IMG/VR virus record: IMGVR_UViG_3300022680_000054
Span: 1 to 52,367 of that record
Source: a virus
Taxonomy: Duplodnaviria > Caudoviricetes
DNA length: 52,367 nt
Strand: one strand, 5' to 3'
The translations under genes and the position numbers were made by a program. Positions 18,324 through 25,874 of the stretch are shown one piece after another (position 1 is the stretch's first letter; every line of letters starts with the position of its first letter). Below the pieces are notes generated by a model. The model was not told where the DNA came from, ran no database searches, and was given only the letters and a program-made list of their open reading frames with translations.

Positions 18324-18610
18324 GCGCTTGGTCCTGGGTCTAGCCAGTAATACCATGGTAAATCGTTTTTGGCGCACAGATTACAATAACAATTGAAACA
18401 TAGGACACCAGGTGTGCCCTCGCGTCCAGAACCTACCGCCTCGGAGTTACCCGGTATCATGCTGGCTACCTGATTCCATATCGCTGTAGGCGCATGAAAA
18501 TCATAATAACGACTGGTGCCGCAAAGCTGGCACGGCGCAACCCACGGCCACCGTGTTTTGAAGGGATACAGATTCCAAGCAATGGTTTTAAGTCGGTAGC
18601 GTAGCCTCAC
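18320..18610 (-). CDS. Cys-rich hypothetical protein
   Basis: CQLC and CFNCYCNLC; coupled at both ends. Confidence 0.6.
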   Translation of the reverse strand: MRLRYRLKTIAWNLYPFKTRWPWVAPCQLCGTSRYYDFHAPTAIWNQVASMIPGNSEAVGSGREGTPGVLCFNCYCNLCAKNDLPWYYWLDPGPSA

Positions 18611-18849
18611 CGCGCCATCCCTTCCACCGCCGGATCACGCTCCCGCTCACCAGCCGGGCATCCGCCAGCCGCCAGCCATTCGCGGGCCAGCAGGCGGGCC
18701 GCGTCGGGCACCGGGAACTGACCCACCGTGGTCACCGCCACCACGTCGCCATCGCTGGTATCCAGCAGGCGCTGCACCAGGTGATCGGACACGTACAGAC
18801 GGCGGTAGACTTCGGTCGGAACCATCATCCATTTAGAGTTCGTCTGCAT
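18607..18849 (-). CDS. hypothetical protein
   Basis: 80 aa, GAGGT RBS inside the dnaB 3' end. Confidence 0.6.
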   Translation of the reverse strand: MQTNSKWMMVPTEVYRRLYVSDHLVQRLLDTSDGDVVAVTTVGQFPVPDAARLLAREWLAAGGCPAGERERDPAVEGMAR

Positions 18850-20413
18850 AGTGTCTTACCTCACTCGCTTTACTTTCCTGGTCTTTGCGGGCCGGGCTGT
18901 CCATCCGGGTAATGTCTGGTCGCCAGATCATGGGGAAATCCCCGGTTGGCCCGTTTCGCTGCTTGGCAATAATGCCGTCCATCAAATAATCGGCGGGCTT
19001 GCGGTCCTGCGGCTGCAAACCTTCCTCCTTTTCCCGCCAGTAGCCGTCACGGTGCAGGAATACAACCGTTTCAGCCGTCTGGCCCACGCCAGAGCTACCG
19101 TACAGGTCACCCAGGCGCGGGCGCTTCACTTTGTATTTGTCCGCCCCGCGTGCCGTGCGTTCAAACAATTTCCCGCTCAGCTGCGAAGCCAGGACCACCG
19201 GGATATTGAGCGCCCCGGCCAACTGGTGATAGGTCAGCGCGCAGTTCTTGAGATACAGATCGTGGCGCTGGCTGGTACCGGGGTCGGGGTGATTTTGCAG
19301 GTAGTCCACAAAAGCGATGTCAACCCCTTCCTGCTGGTACTGCTCGCGTACCCGGTCCCGCACCTGAACAGCCGTACAGCCGCGTATATCCTCGAAGTGA
19401 ATCGGTAACTGGCTGATGTCGGCCACGGCGGCGACAACCTTGGCGTAATCCTCCGGGGCTGCCTGCCGGATGTTGTTGTAGTGCGTGCTGACCCCGCTCT
19501 TGATGGCCGCCATACGGGCAAACATCTGCTGGCGGCTCATTTCGTTAGAACCAAACCACACCTTGTAGCCGTTCACAGCGGCGTGCAGCGCCGCCTGGAT
19601 CATCCAGGACGATTTACCCATCGAGGTCGGCCCGGCCACGATGATCAGGTCACCGCGCAAAAAGCCGCCGGTCATCTGGTTAAAATCGGGCCACGGCGTG
19701 CCGATCCCGATCTCCTTTTTGCCCTCACGCCAGTCGGCCAGCGTGTCCAGGAATTCACTCGCCAGGTCGTACGCGCTGATCCCGTTGGACTGGCGGGCCG
19801 CGCTCTCCTGGCTGATGACCGTCACTTTGTCCTGCGCTTCGGCCAGCACCTGGAAGATGTCCAGGCTTTCGTTGTGGGCCAGCTGCGCGATTTCTCCGGC
19901 TGCCCCCAACAAGCGGCGGCGGGTGGCGGCCCGCTTGACGATCTCGGCATAGGCCACCACGTTCTTTTTGAGCGTTGATATGGTGACCGAAGGCAAGTAA
20001 CGCAGGTAAGGTTCCCCGCCGATATAATCCAGGCGGTCCCGCGCTCGCAAGGCTTCGGCCAGGGTGCGGGTGTCCAGCGGTGTCTTGCTCTCGTGCAGTC
20101 GGGCGATTTCTTCCCAGATAAATCCATGCCGTAAAATAAAGAAGTCCTCGGCATCCAGAATCCGGCATACGTCGAACAGGCAGGTCGGATTCATGAGCAC
20201 CGCACCGATCACGCCTTCTTCGGCCTCAACGCTGTGTGGGGTCAAGTTGAAGGGGTCGGACTTGTCATAGAGTTTTTCGCCGCTGCCTTTGTCTCCCCAA
20301 CCAGGGTTGGGGGCAACGCGACCGTTGTTATCTGCTTTTGCGCCGTTGCCGTTATTTCGTGTAGCCGTGACGGCTGGTAACAACTTTACCGGGGCGTCGG
20401 TTGTTAAGGTCAT
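18833..20413 (-). CDS. dnaB: replicative DNA helicase, DnaB family
   Basis: PHSVEAEEGVIGAVL N-domain, Walker A GPTSMGKS, FVDYLQ, LASQLS, IIAKQRNGPTG. Confidence 0.95.
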   Translation of the reverse strand: MTLTTDAPVKLLPAVTATRNNGNGAKADNNGRVAPNPGWGDKGSGEKLYDKSDPFNLTPHSVEAEEGVIGAVLMNPTCLFDVCRILDAEDFFILRHGFIWEEIARLHESKTPLDTRTLAEALRARDRLDYIGGEPYLRYLPSVTISTLKKNVVAYAEIVKRAATRRRLLGAAGEIAQLAHNESLDIFQVLAEAQDKVTVISQESAARQSNGISAYDLASEFLDTLADWREGKKEIGIGTPWPDFNQMTGGFLRGDLIIVAGPTSMGKSSWMIQAALHAAVNGYKVWFGSNEMSRQQMFARMAAIKSGVSTHYNNIRQAAPEDYAKVVAAVADISQLPIHFEDIRGCTAVQVRDRVREQYQQEGVDIAFVDYLQNHPDPGTSQRHDLYLKNCALTYHQLAGALNIPVVLASQLSGKLFERTARGADKYKVKRPRLGDLYGSSGVGQTAETVVFLHRDGYWREKEEGLQPQDRKPADYLMDGIIAKQRNGPTGDFPMIWRPDITRMDSPARKDQESKASEVRHYADEL

Positions 20414-21342
20414 CCAGTGGCCTCCATTTGGGCGATAAGCTCGGCGCGACTCTGGCCGGAATAGTAGGTTTGATTGGGCGCGGGTGATGCTTCACTATGC
20501 GAAGCACGATAGTCTCTAATCAGCTGTCCGGTGTTTAGATCGCGCGGTGGGTTAAGGTTCTGAGCTTCGTACCAGTCACAGGCAGCCATAAATTCAAACA
20601 GTGTAGCACCCACATTACGCAGGGACTTCAACGAATTGCCTACACGACCGGATACGTCATCCTCATCGACGCTGCCTGGCTCAATGTAGTAAACCCGTTT
20701 ACAAACAACATCAAAAAGTGGATTGCGCTCCCGCTCTACCGGGTTCAGTAGTCTATCCAAGTATTTAGTAATGCCCTTACGTGGCTTGGGCTTGGCACGT
20801 TCCCGATCCAGTAGGGTCTGCCAATCGCCCTGAACGATCTTCCCTGCCTTAACGGCTTTTTTGAACTTAGGTATTGACAGGGTTAACCAGTCTTCTGGGT
20901 CATCCTCCGGCGCGTTAGCGCCAGAGTCTTTTTCTTTGACTTTATTTACTTTCTTTTGTGTGTCTACTGAGTTGACTAGTGCTGGTCTACTGAGTTGACT
21001 AGTGCTAGTCAATTGAGTTGACATGTCGTCAGGAGACTGGTCTACTGAGTTGACTAGTAAGGCATAGGTAAAACCCTGGCCGCAAGGCTCCCGGTCGATG
21101 GCTCCGCGCTTCAAGGCCGCCTTTATTCCATCGCTCACACCCTGACGACTAAGACCGGTTATCTTCTCCAGTTGGGACAGGCTGATCCGGTCCCGATCTT
21201 TGTGCCAACCGAAAGTAAAGCGGACAATTGCCATGACCACCTTAAATTCGGTGCATTCCATATCGGCCATCCATTCATCGAAGATGATGTTCGGGGCCTG
21301 TGTATAGTTGGGGGCATCTACCCCCACCGATACTTGAACCAT
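20410..21342 (-). CDS. replication initiator, lambda O-like
   Basis: YTQAPN..KVVMAIVRFTFGWHK..DRISLSQLEKITGLSR; internal iterons; directly upstream of DnaB. Confidence 0.9.
   Translation of the reverse strand: MVQVSVGVDAPNYTQAPNIIFDEWMADMECTEFKVVMAIVRFTFGWHKDRDRISLSQLEKITGLSRQGVSDGIKAALKRGAIDREPCGQGFTYALLVNSVDQSPDDMSTQLTSTSQLSRPALVNSVDTQKKVNKVKEKDSGANAPEDDPEDWLTLSIPKFKKAVKAGKIVQGDWQTLLDRERAKPKPRKGITKYLDRLLNPVERERNPLFDVVCKRVYYIEPGSVDEDDVSGRVGNSLKSLRNVGATLFEFMAACDWYEAQNLNPPRDLNTGQLIRDYRASHSEASPAPNQTYYSGQSRAELIAQMEATG
20962..21058. repeat. replication origin iterons
   Basis: GTCTACTGAGTTGACTAGT at 20962, 20985 and 21040, variant GTCAATTGAGTTGAC at 21008; adjacent T-rich tract at about 20928-20960. 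Confidence 0.85.
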
Positions 21343-21447
21343 GGTGATCTCCAAGAATCAAACTAACCCGTCGATAATTTCTCGACAGGCCAGAAGTTGG
21401 GGGCATGAATTGCTTGTGAAAGCGGGGGAACCTGCTATACTAAGCAA

Positions 21448-21520
21448 AACGCCCTTCCAGTCTTGTGGCCTGGTTTGGCGTAGCGGCCCCGACGTGCTAC
21501 CGTCGCGGTCGCTTTTTTTT
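21448..21520 (+). ncRNA. candidate antisense RNA upstream of the initiator gene
   Basis: TTGTGA-16 nt-TATACT with extended TG (21414-21441), two hairpins, the last followed by a T8 run; antisense to the replication operon. Confidence 0.55.
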
Positions 21521-21554
21521 GTATGTGATTGGCTTGATAATACACCAGAAGCCG

Positions 21555-23105
21555 TCATCGTGCAACCTCAAGATCAAATAGCGGCAACTGCCCGGCTGCC
21601 TCACGTTCATGACGCGCCTTTTCGTTATCCTCCCATATTTCTGCAAGTTCGCGCGCGGTGTGCCAATCTTCAGGTGCAAACTGCTGCCAGAATTCCAACC
21701 GTTGCCAGGCGATGGCCGCGTAGGGCGTTTCCAGTTCGACGCCCTGCACGTGCTCCCACCCGGCCAACCGCGCGCCTATCATCTCTGATCCGCTGCCCGA
21801 AAAGGGCACGAGTAAGCGGCGGGGCGCGTAGGCGTCGGGGGGTAGTAGTAGGGTGGCGAGCCAGTGGAGAAGTGCGAGCGGTTTCACGGTTGGATGCCCG
21901 TTGCGGCGTGGTGCAGTTTTCTGCCCCAGACTACCATTTGCACGCCCGGCGTAGACGCCGGGCGTTTCGTTTTCGGGTAGGGCTAACCCTGCCTCACGCT
22001 GCCATCGGTCCGCCTTGCCGCAGTAGAAGAACGGCGGCGCGCCTTCCAGGCGTTCTAGCAGGTAGTCGCTGTTGTGAAAAAAGCGGGCGGCGGTGCCTGA
22101 GTCGCCATGATGGAACCAGCCCCGGCTGTCTCCCCCGTTATATGAGCCTCGCCCCCCTATGCTTTGTGTAGTCTCACCAGTGCCGCCAGAGCTAACACTC
22201 TCCCCACTCTGCTCCGCCAACGCCTTAACCGCGCAACCGTCTGCGCAGGCGTCCGGCGTGCAGGTGGGGGTGTGGGAGAGGGCGACGTGAGCGGGCCATC
22301 TTCCGGCGGGGTGTGGCGGCTGTATAATGCCTCCGACAAATGGTACACCCGAAGCTACCCGCTTACTACCTAACCCGGCGCTTTTAGCACTACCATGAGT
22401 GCCACCGCTTTCAATTCTAGAATCGTCAATATTCAAAGCCCCGGCCCCCGTGCCCGTGATGCTGTCAACGGGGCGGGTGTTGTAGGGCACCTGGGCGCAG
22501 ATGATAAACTCGGCGGCGGGTTTGAGCGCTTGCAACCCGTAGCGGTGGCCTGCCCACTGTTGGGCGAGGGGGGTGGCGGGGGCTGTGAGTTGGGGCGATG
22601 GTTGCCAACCATCGCCCATTGCTAGACGTGGGCTGGTACTGCCGGGGTTAGGGTGCAAACCTATGGCTTCCCGCTCCGCCCCGTTATCCCGGTCCACCTG
22701 TGTATCAATGCGGGTCGCTTTCGGAAAGCCCGACCCAAACAGCCACACTAGCGCTGGATGTATCACGAACCCCGCATCCTCGATTGCCACTGCCATCCGG
22801 TGAAACGTGCGGCTACCCCCGAACACGAACATAAACGCGCCGGGGTGTAACACGCGCTTGATGGCCTGCCAGGTATCGACCCGGTAAGCCACGTCACCGC
22901 CGTCCCAGGTTTTACCCATGAAGCCACGACTCGCCCGCTGGAAAGCGCCATCGGTGCCGTGCTGAGCCGGAGCGGAGTCGTCCTTGCCAAAGCGCTCGGT
23001 GATGCTGGTCAGGTGATACGGCGCGTCCATCAGCGCCGCATGGAATAGCGGGCCGGTGTACTGCTGGCAGTATGCGGCGATGTCTCCAACGTGTAAGCAG
23101 TGCAT
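21555..23105 (-). CDS. DNA methyltransferase, N6-adenine/N4-cytosine, beta class
   Basis: Catalytic motif variant DAPY, WLFGSGFPK, HPTVKPLAL, PFSGSGS; start reset to MHCLHVGD. Confidence 0.9.
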   Translation of the reverse strand: MHCLHVGDIAAYCQQYTGPLFHAALMDAPYHLTSITERFGKDDSAPAQHGTDGAFQRASRGFMGKTWDGGDVAYRVDTWQAIKRVLHPGAFMFVFGGSRTFHRMAVAIEDAGFVIHPALVWLFGSGFPKATRIDTQVDRDNGAEREAIGLHPNPGSTSPRLAMGDGWQPSPQLTAPATPLAQQWAGHRYGLQALKPAAEFIICAQVPYNTRPVDSITGTGAGALNIDDSRIESGGTHGSAKSAGLGSKRVASGVPFVGGIIQPPHPAGRWPAHVALSHTPTCTPDACADGCAVKALAEQSGESVSSGGTGETTQSIGGRGSYNGGDSRGWFHHGDSGTAARFFHNSDYLLERLEGAPPFFYCGKADRWQREAGLALPENETPGVYAGRANGSLGQKTAPRRNGHPTVKPLALLHWLATLLLPPDAYAPRRLLVPFSGSGSEMIGARLAGWEHVQGVELETPYAAIAWQRLEFWQQFAPEDWHTARELAEIWEDNEKARHEREAAGQLPLFDLEVAR

Positions 23106-23696
23106 AGGTTTATCCCAAAAAACATAATATCCCACTTGGGTAACCGGGGGGTTAGATTTCGTTGGTCGGGGGGTTCTACCCCCCAACAAACCTTCTGTTA
23201 CAATCCGCCGATTTCGGCTTACAATCGAACACAGCGCGTCAGGTTTTTTAAGTAGGGTAGGGGGGTGCTTTTTGAATATCCCACACAACCCAATTCTAAC
23301 CTTTTGCCCTAGATACCGATGCCCCCAAATCCGGGGGCACTTCGTTTTTAAGGACCGGCCCATGCGCCGCGTTGAGAGGTCGCGGGTCGAGGGGTGTCGC
23401 ACATGGGCCGGGGTCTGGACGGTGGAGCGCAAAGGTCATTACAAGAGACTTGCACGCTCCCCACTTTACGAGCGATAAACTCCACCGCCCAGAGCCATTA
23501 CCGGGCCGGTGTTTGGGGCACACCGGCCAGAAGCCCACTAGAGGAGAAATGCCGCAACCGTCAACCTCGCCGCTGACGGAAGTTGCTAGAGTTGGGGCCG
23601 CTTACGGCGGCCAGTCGCCGGTTTATCGTAACCCTGCTTAAGGTGCGTTGCAGAGCAGCCTATCGGCTTTGCCTACCGGAAACGCAATGGGGCATG

Positions 23697-23773
23697 TGGA
23701 CCTGCCCGGACTCGAACCGGGGTACAGCCTCAGCCCTTGCGGGCTTTAGCGACTGGCGACGCCTGTCAGGCCC
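23697..23773 (-). ncRNA. tmRNA-like tRNA domain without mRNA-like domain (77 nt)
   Basis: Acceptor stem GGGCCTG/CAGGTCC-A with G3:U70, stemless D-loop ACAGGCGTCG, perfect T-arm CCCGG-TTCGAGT-CCGGG, central helix capped AGCCC-GCAA-GGGCT. Confidence 0.7.
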
Positions 23774-24122
23774 AAGTGGGGCAGTCGGTCTACAGTGGCC
23801 TGACGATTAACTACCCCGTGGTGATACACAGCACTGCGCGCCCTCCTTGCGCCTGATCTTGTGGACCAGGTGCCCTACCTGTGCTGTCTGCTGCTGACCT
23901 TCCCCGCTGCGATCTAACCCATACGATAGGGTTGTCCTCGACGGCCTCACCGTTGAGGATGCAGCCGCGCTCCCCCGCTAAGCCTTACGGCATCACGGGG
24001 CAACACAGCGGTAGAAGGTTGGGGGCAGGGCGGCTGCGCTCGGTACTCGCGACCCTTCCGCACACCGGCCTTACGCGCCAGTGCCTTAGACCCCGCGAAC
24101 ATCGTCCGCCCTGCTGACCCAG

Positions 24123-24192
24123 TGCCCTGCGCCGGGAACGATCCGGTCCTTCCTCGCCGTGGCAAGGACGTGCAACCTTACACCACCAGGGC
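24123..24192 (-). tRNA. tRNA-like cloverleaf without a canonical anticodon loop
   Basis: GCCCTG/CAGGGC-A acceptor, D-arm GTGT-AAGGTT-GCAC, T-arm CCGG-ATCGTTC-CCGG, anticodon arm TCCTTGC-CACG-GCGAGGA. Confidence 0.65.
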
Positions 24193-24217
24193 ATGTAAAA
24201 ATAAGTATGCAAAGGTC

Positions 24218-24496
24218 CTAACTAGGAGCCGCCATCATTTTTGGGGCTTCACTTACCTTGTCATCATCGTCGGTGATGATTACGAAATCGTCCAGGCTCT
24301 TACCGTAGTACCGAGCCAGTTTATCTACAATGGCCGGATCGGGGTCACCCTGATCTTCTGTCTCGTAACGCTGGATGGTGCGCCAGTTGATGCCGGTAGC
24401 ATCCGACACTTCGCGCATGGATATATTACGCCGTTCAACGATGGATTTTAACTGTCGTATCTTGCGGAATTTGGTCGTAAGCCAGCGGATGGTCAT
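24218..24496 (-). CDS. XRE/Cro-like HTH transcriptional regulator
   Basis: ISMREVSDATGINWRTIQRYE..IVDKLARYYG; AAGGAG RBS before MTIRW. Confidence 0.85.
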   Translation of the reverse strand: MTIRWLTTKFRKIRQLKSIVERRNISMREVSDATGINWRTIQRYETEDQGDPDPAIVDKLARYYGKSLDDFVIITDDDDKVSEAPKMMAAPS

Positions 24497-24523
24497 TTGA
24501 TCTTGCTCCTTGCGTATAGCATA

Positions 24524-24552
24524 ACAATATACTATGTAAGTCATATTGTCAA
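24524..24552 (-). promoter_or_regulatory. leftward early promoter
   Basis: TTGACA-17 nt-TATTGT. Confidence 0.75.
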
Positions 24553-24594
24553 GCAAGACAAAAGTTAGTATTTTGAAACGATTGCCCCCAACGC

Positions 24595-24623
24595 TTGACA
24601 AATGTGCAGTTTAATAGGATAAT
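24595..24623 (+). promoter_or_regulatory. rightward early promoter
   Basis: TTGACA-17 nt-GATAAT; TAGCATA repeats at 24517, 24637 and 24645 may be operators. Confidence 0.8.
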
Positions 24624-24670
24624 GGTGTCATAACGATAGCATAGTAGCATAGTGAAGGGACGCCCCCCAC

Positions 24671-25048
24671 ATGACCACCAGCCAGGTAGCCCCAACCGAA
24701 ATCGAGCAGACCAACCTCTTGTTGGTCGCCCGCGCCGTCGCCATCCAGGCGAAGGACAGCGACCAGATCGCCGAGATTGACCGTCAATTGGAAGCGCTAC
24801 AGAACGCCCACATTCAGCGGGTGCTGGACGGCCTCGCCATGTCTCAGTGCCTGGTCAGCCTGAAAGATGAAGAATTCCTGCGCCAGCGGGCGCTGGAGCA
24901 GGCACGGGAGCAGTGGCACTTTACCTACAACGTGCGGCTGCCGGTTGTCGGCATGACCCAGGCCGCGCGTGAAGCCGAAGCCGAGTTTGACCTGGTACTG
25001 CTGGATCACGGGTTTGACCCGGCGGAATTTGAAGGGGATGACGTATGA
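24671..25048 (+). CDS. hypothetical protein
   Basis: First gene after the rightward promoter, 125 aa, GC3-biased. Confidence 0.75.
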   Translation: MTTSQVAPTEIEQTNLLLVARAVAIQAKDSDQIAEIDRQLEALQNAHIQRVLDGLAMSQCLVSLKDEEFLRQRALEQAREQWHFTYNVRLPVVGMTQAAREAEAEFDLVLLDHGFDPAEFEGDDV

Positions 25049-25281
25049 TACGCACCAATGAAAAAGTCGTCAGCGCGGACACGCTGACGACTGCCAAACC
25101 ACAGAAAACCGGACAGGTCTTCACGACCATAATATCACAGGTGGAGCAGGGTGGTCAATGTGATTGTGATGCCGGGATCGTCTGGATGTACGGCAACGCC
25201 CAACCCTGCCACAAGTGCCGGGACGGCCAGCGCATGGCGGAATGCCAGGAAGCCAGTTACATGATGGAGTGGGGGCGATGA
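25045..25281 (+). CDS. small Cys-rich protein
   Basis: CDCDAG..PCHKC; ATGA overlaps. Confidence 0.65.
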   Translation: MIRTNEKVVSADTLTTAKPQKTGQVFTTIISQVEQGGQCDCDAGIVWMYGNAQPCHKCRDGQRMAECQEASYMMEWGR

Positions 25282-25874
25282 CACAGTTATTATTGATGGC
25301 CCCCAAACCTGTGCTGCTGTTGCCAGCCCTGACGGCCACCGTTCCCGCCGGGCATCGCATCAGCACCGAAGCCAAGAGGCTGTTAAAAGGCGCGTACGTT
25401 TTCGCCAATGGCAAAGCGGAAGGGGATCGCTATTTCCCGATTCACAGCGCCTATCTGGCCTGGACAACCGAACTCATCCGGGCCGGACTGCTGGAGCCGC
25501 AGGGCGGACGCCGCACCACCTGGCATCGGATCACTGAGCGGGGCCGCACCTACATTGAAACACGCTGGAAAGACCCCCGGACGCCTGGTCAGATACGTCT
25601 GGAGAAGGCCCGTTTTGAGCGCTTCACCACCGTATGCCGGGAACTGGCCGTCGAAGGCTACGCGCCGCTGCCCGAACCAACGCGCGGCTGGCAGATCGGG
25701 CAGGTCGCCTTCTTCCGCGAGGAAGACGGGCGCAAACTGCTGATGACCTGCCGACTGGGGACTGTAGACTGGCGGCATCATATGCGCGGGTACTACTGCC
25801 CGTCGCTGGTATATGAGAAGACCGTGCAAGAACGCGAGTGGTCAGCCTTTGACCAGAAGGCGCTGGCATTTTAA
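25278..25874 (+). CDS. hypothetical protein, possible winged-helix segment
   Basis: Start at MTQLLL (ATGA); ELIRAGLLE..WHRITERGR resembles the wing of a winged HTH. Confidence 0.65.
   Translation: MTQLLLMAPKPVLLLPALTATVPAGHRISTEAKRLLKGAYVFANGKAEGDRYFPIHSAYLAWTTELIRAGLLEPQGGRRTTWHRITERGRTYIETRWKDPRTPGQIRLEKARFERFTTVCRELAVEGYAPLPEPTRGWQIGQVAFFREEDGRKLLMTCRLGTVDWRHHMRGYYCPSLVYEKTVQEREWSAFDQKALAF

Larger units (their letters stand above)
23320..24193 (-). ncRNA. block of structured non-coding RNA domains
   Basis: No credible ORF; more than 10 adjacent GC-rich stems, G-U wobbles that favour the minus strand, GTAA/GCAA tetraloops, two tRNA-like modules. Confidence 0.75.

Noticed and set aside
23106-23432. 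N-terminal 109-codon extension of the DNA methylase in the ORF track
   Set aside because: Low-complexity translation across hairpins and repeats; methylase similarity begins at MHCLHVGD
23417-23490. Third Ala-like acceptor stem (GGGCGGT/ACCGTCC-A) in the RNA block
   Set aside because: The helix extends beyond the putative ends and there is no properly placed T-arm, so the G-U pair may be incidental
23697-23725. tmRNA/tRNA 3' fragment as an attP core
   Set aside because: Both acceptor strands and a closed central helix are present and no integrase is adjacent; not fully excluded without the host sequence
24150-24170. Functional tRNA-Gly(GCC) from CTTGCCA
   Set aside because: GCC cannot be centred in a 7-nt loop on a 5-bp stem; the arm folds better as a 7-bp stem with a tetraloop
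23320-24193. Known ribozyme, SRP, RNase P or 6S RNA identity for the RNA block
   Set aside because: No hammerhead CTGANGA/GAAA core, SRP GGAA-AGCAG loop or RNase P GAGGAAAGTCC signature found by eye
24505-24540. loxP-like TGCGTATA-GCATA near the Cro RBS
   Set aside because: The second arm is poor and the sequence is better explained by the promoter and TAGCATA operator repeats
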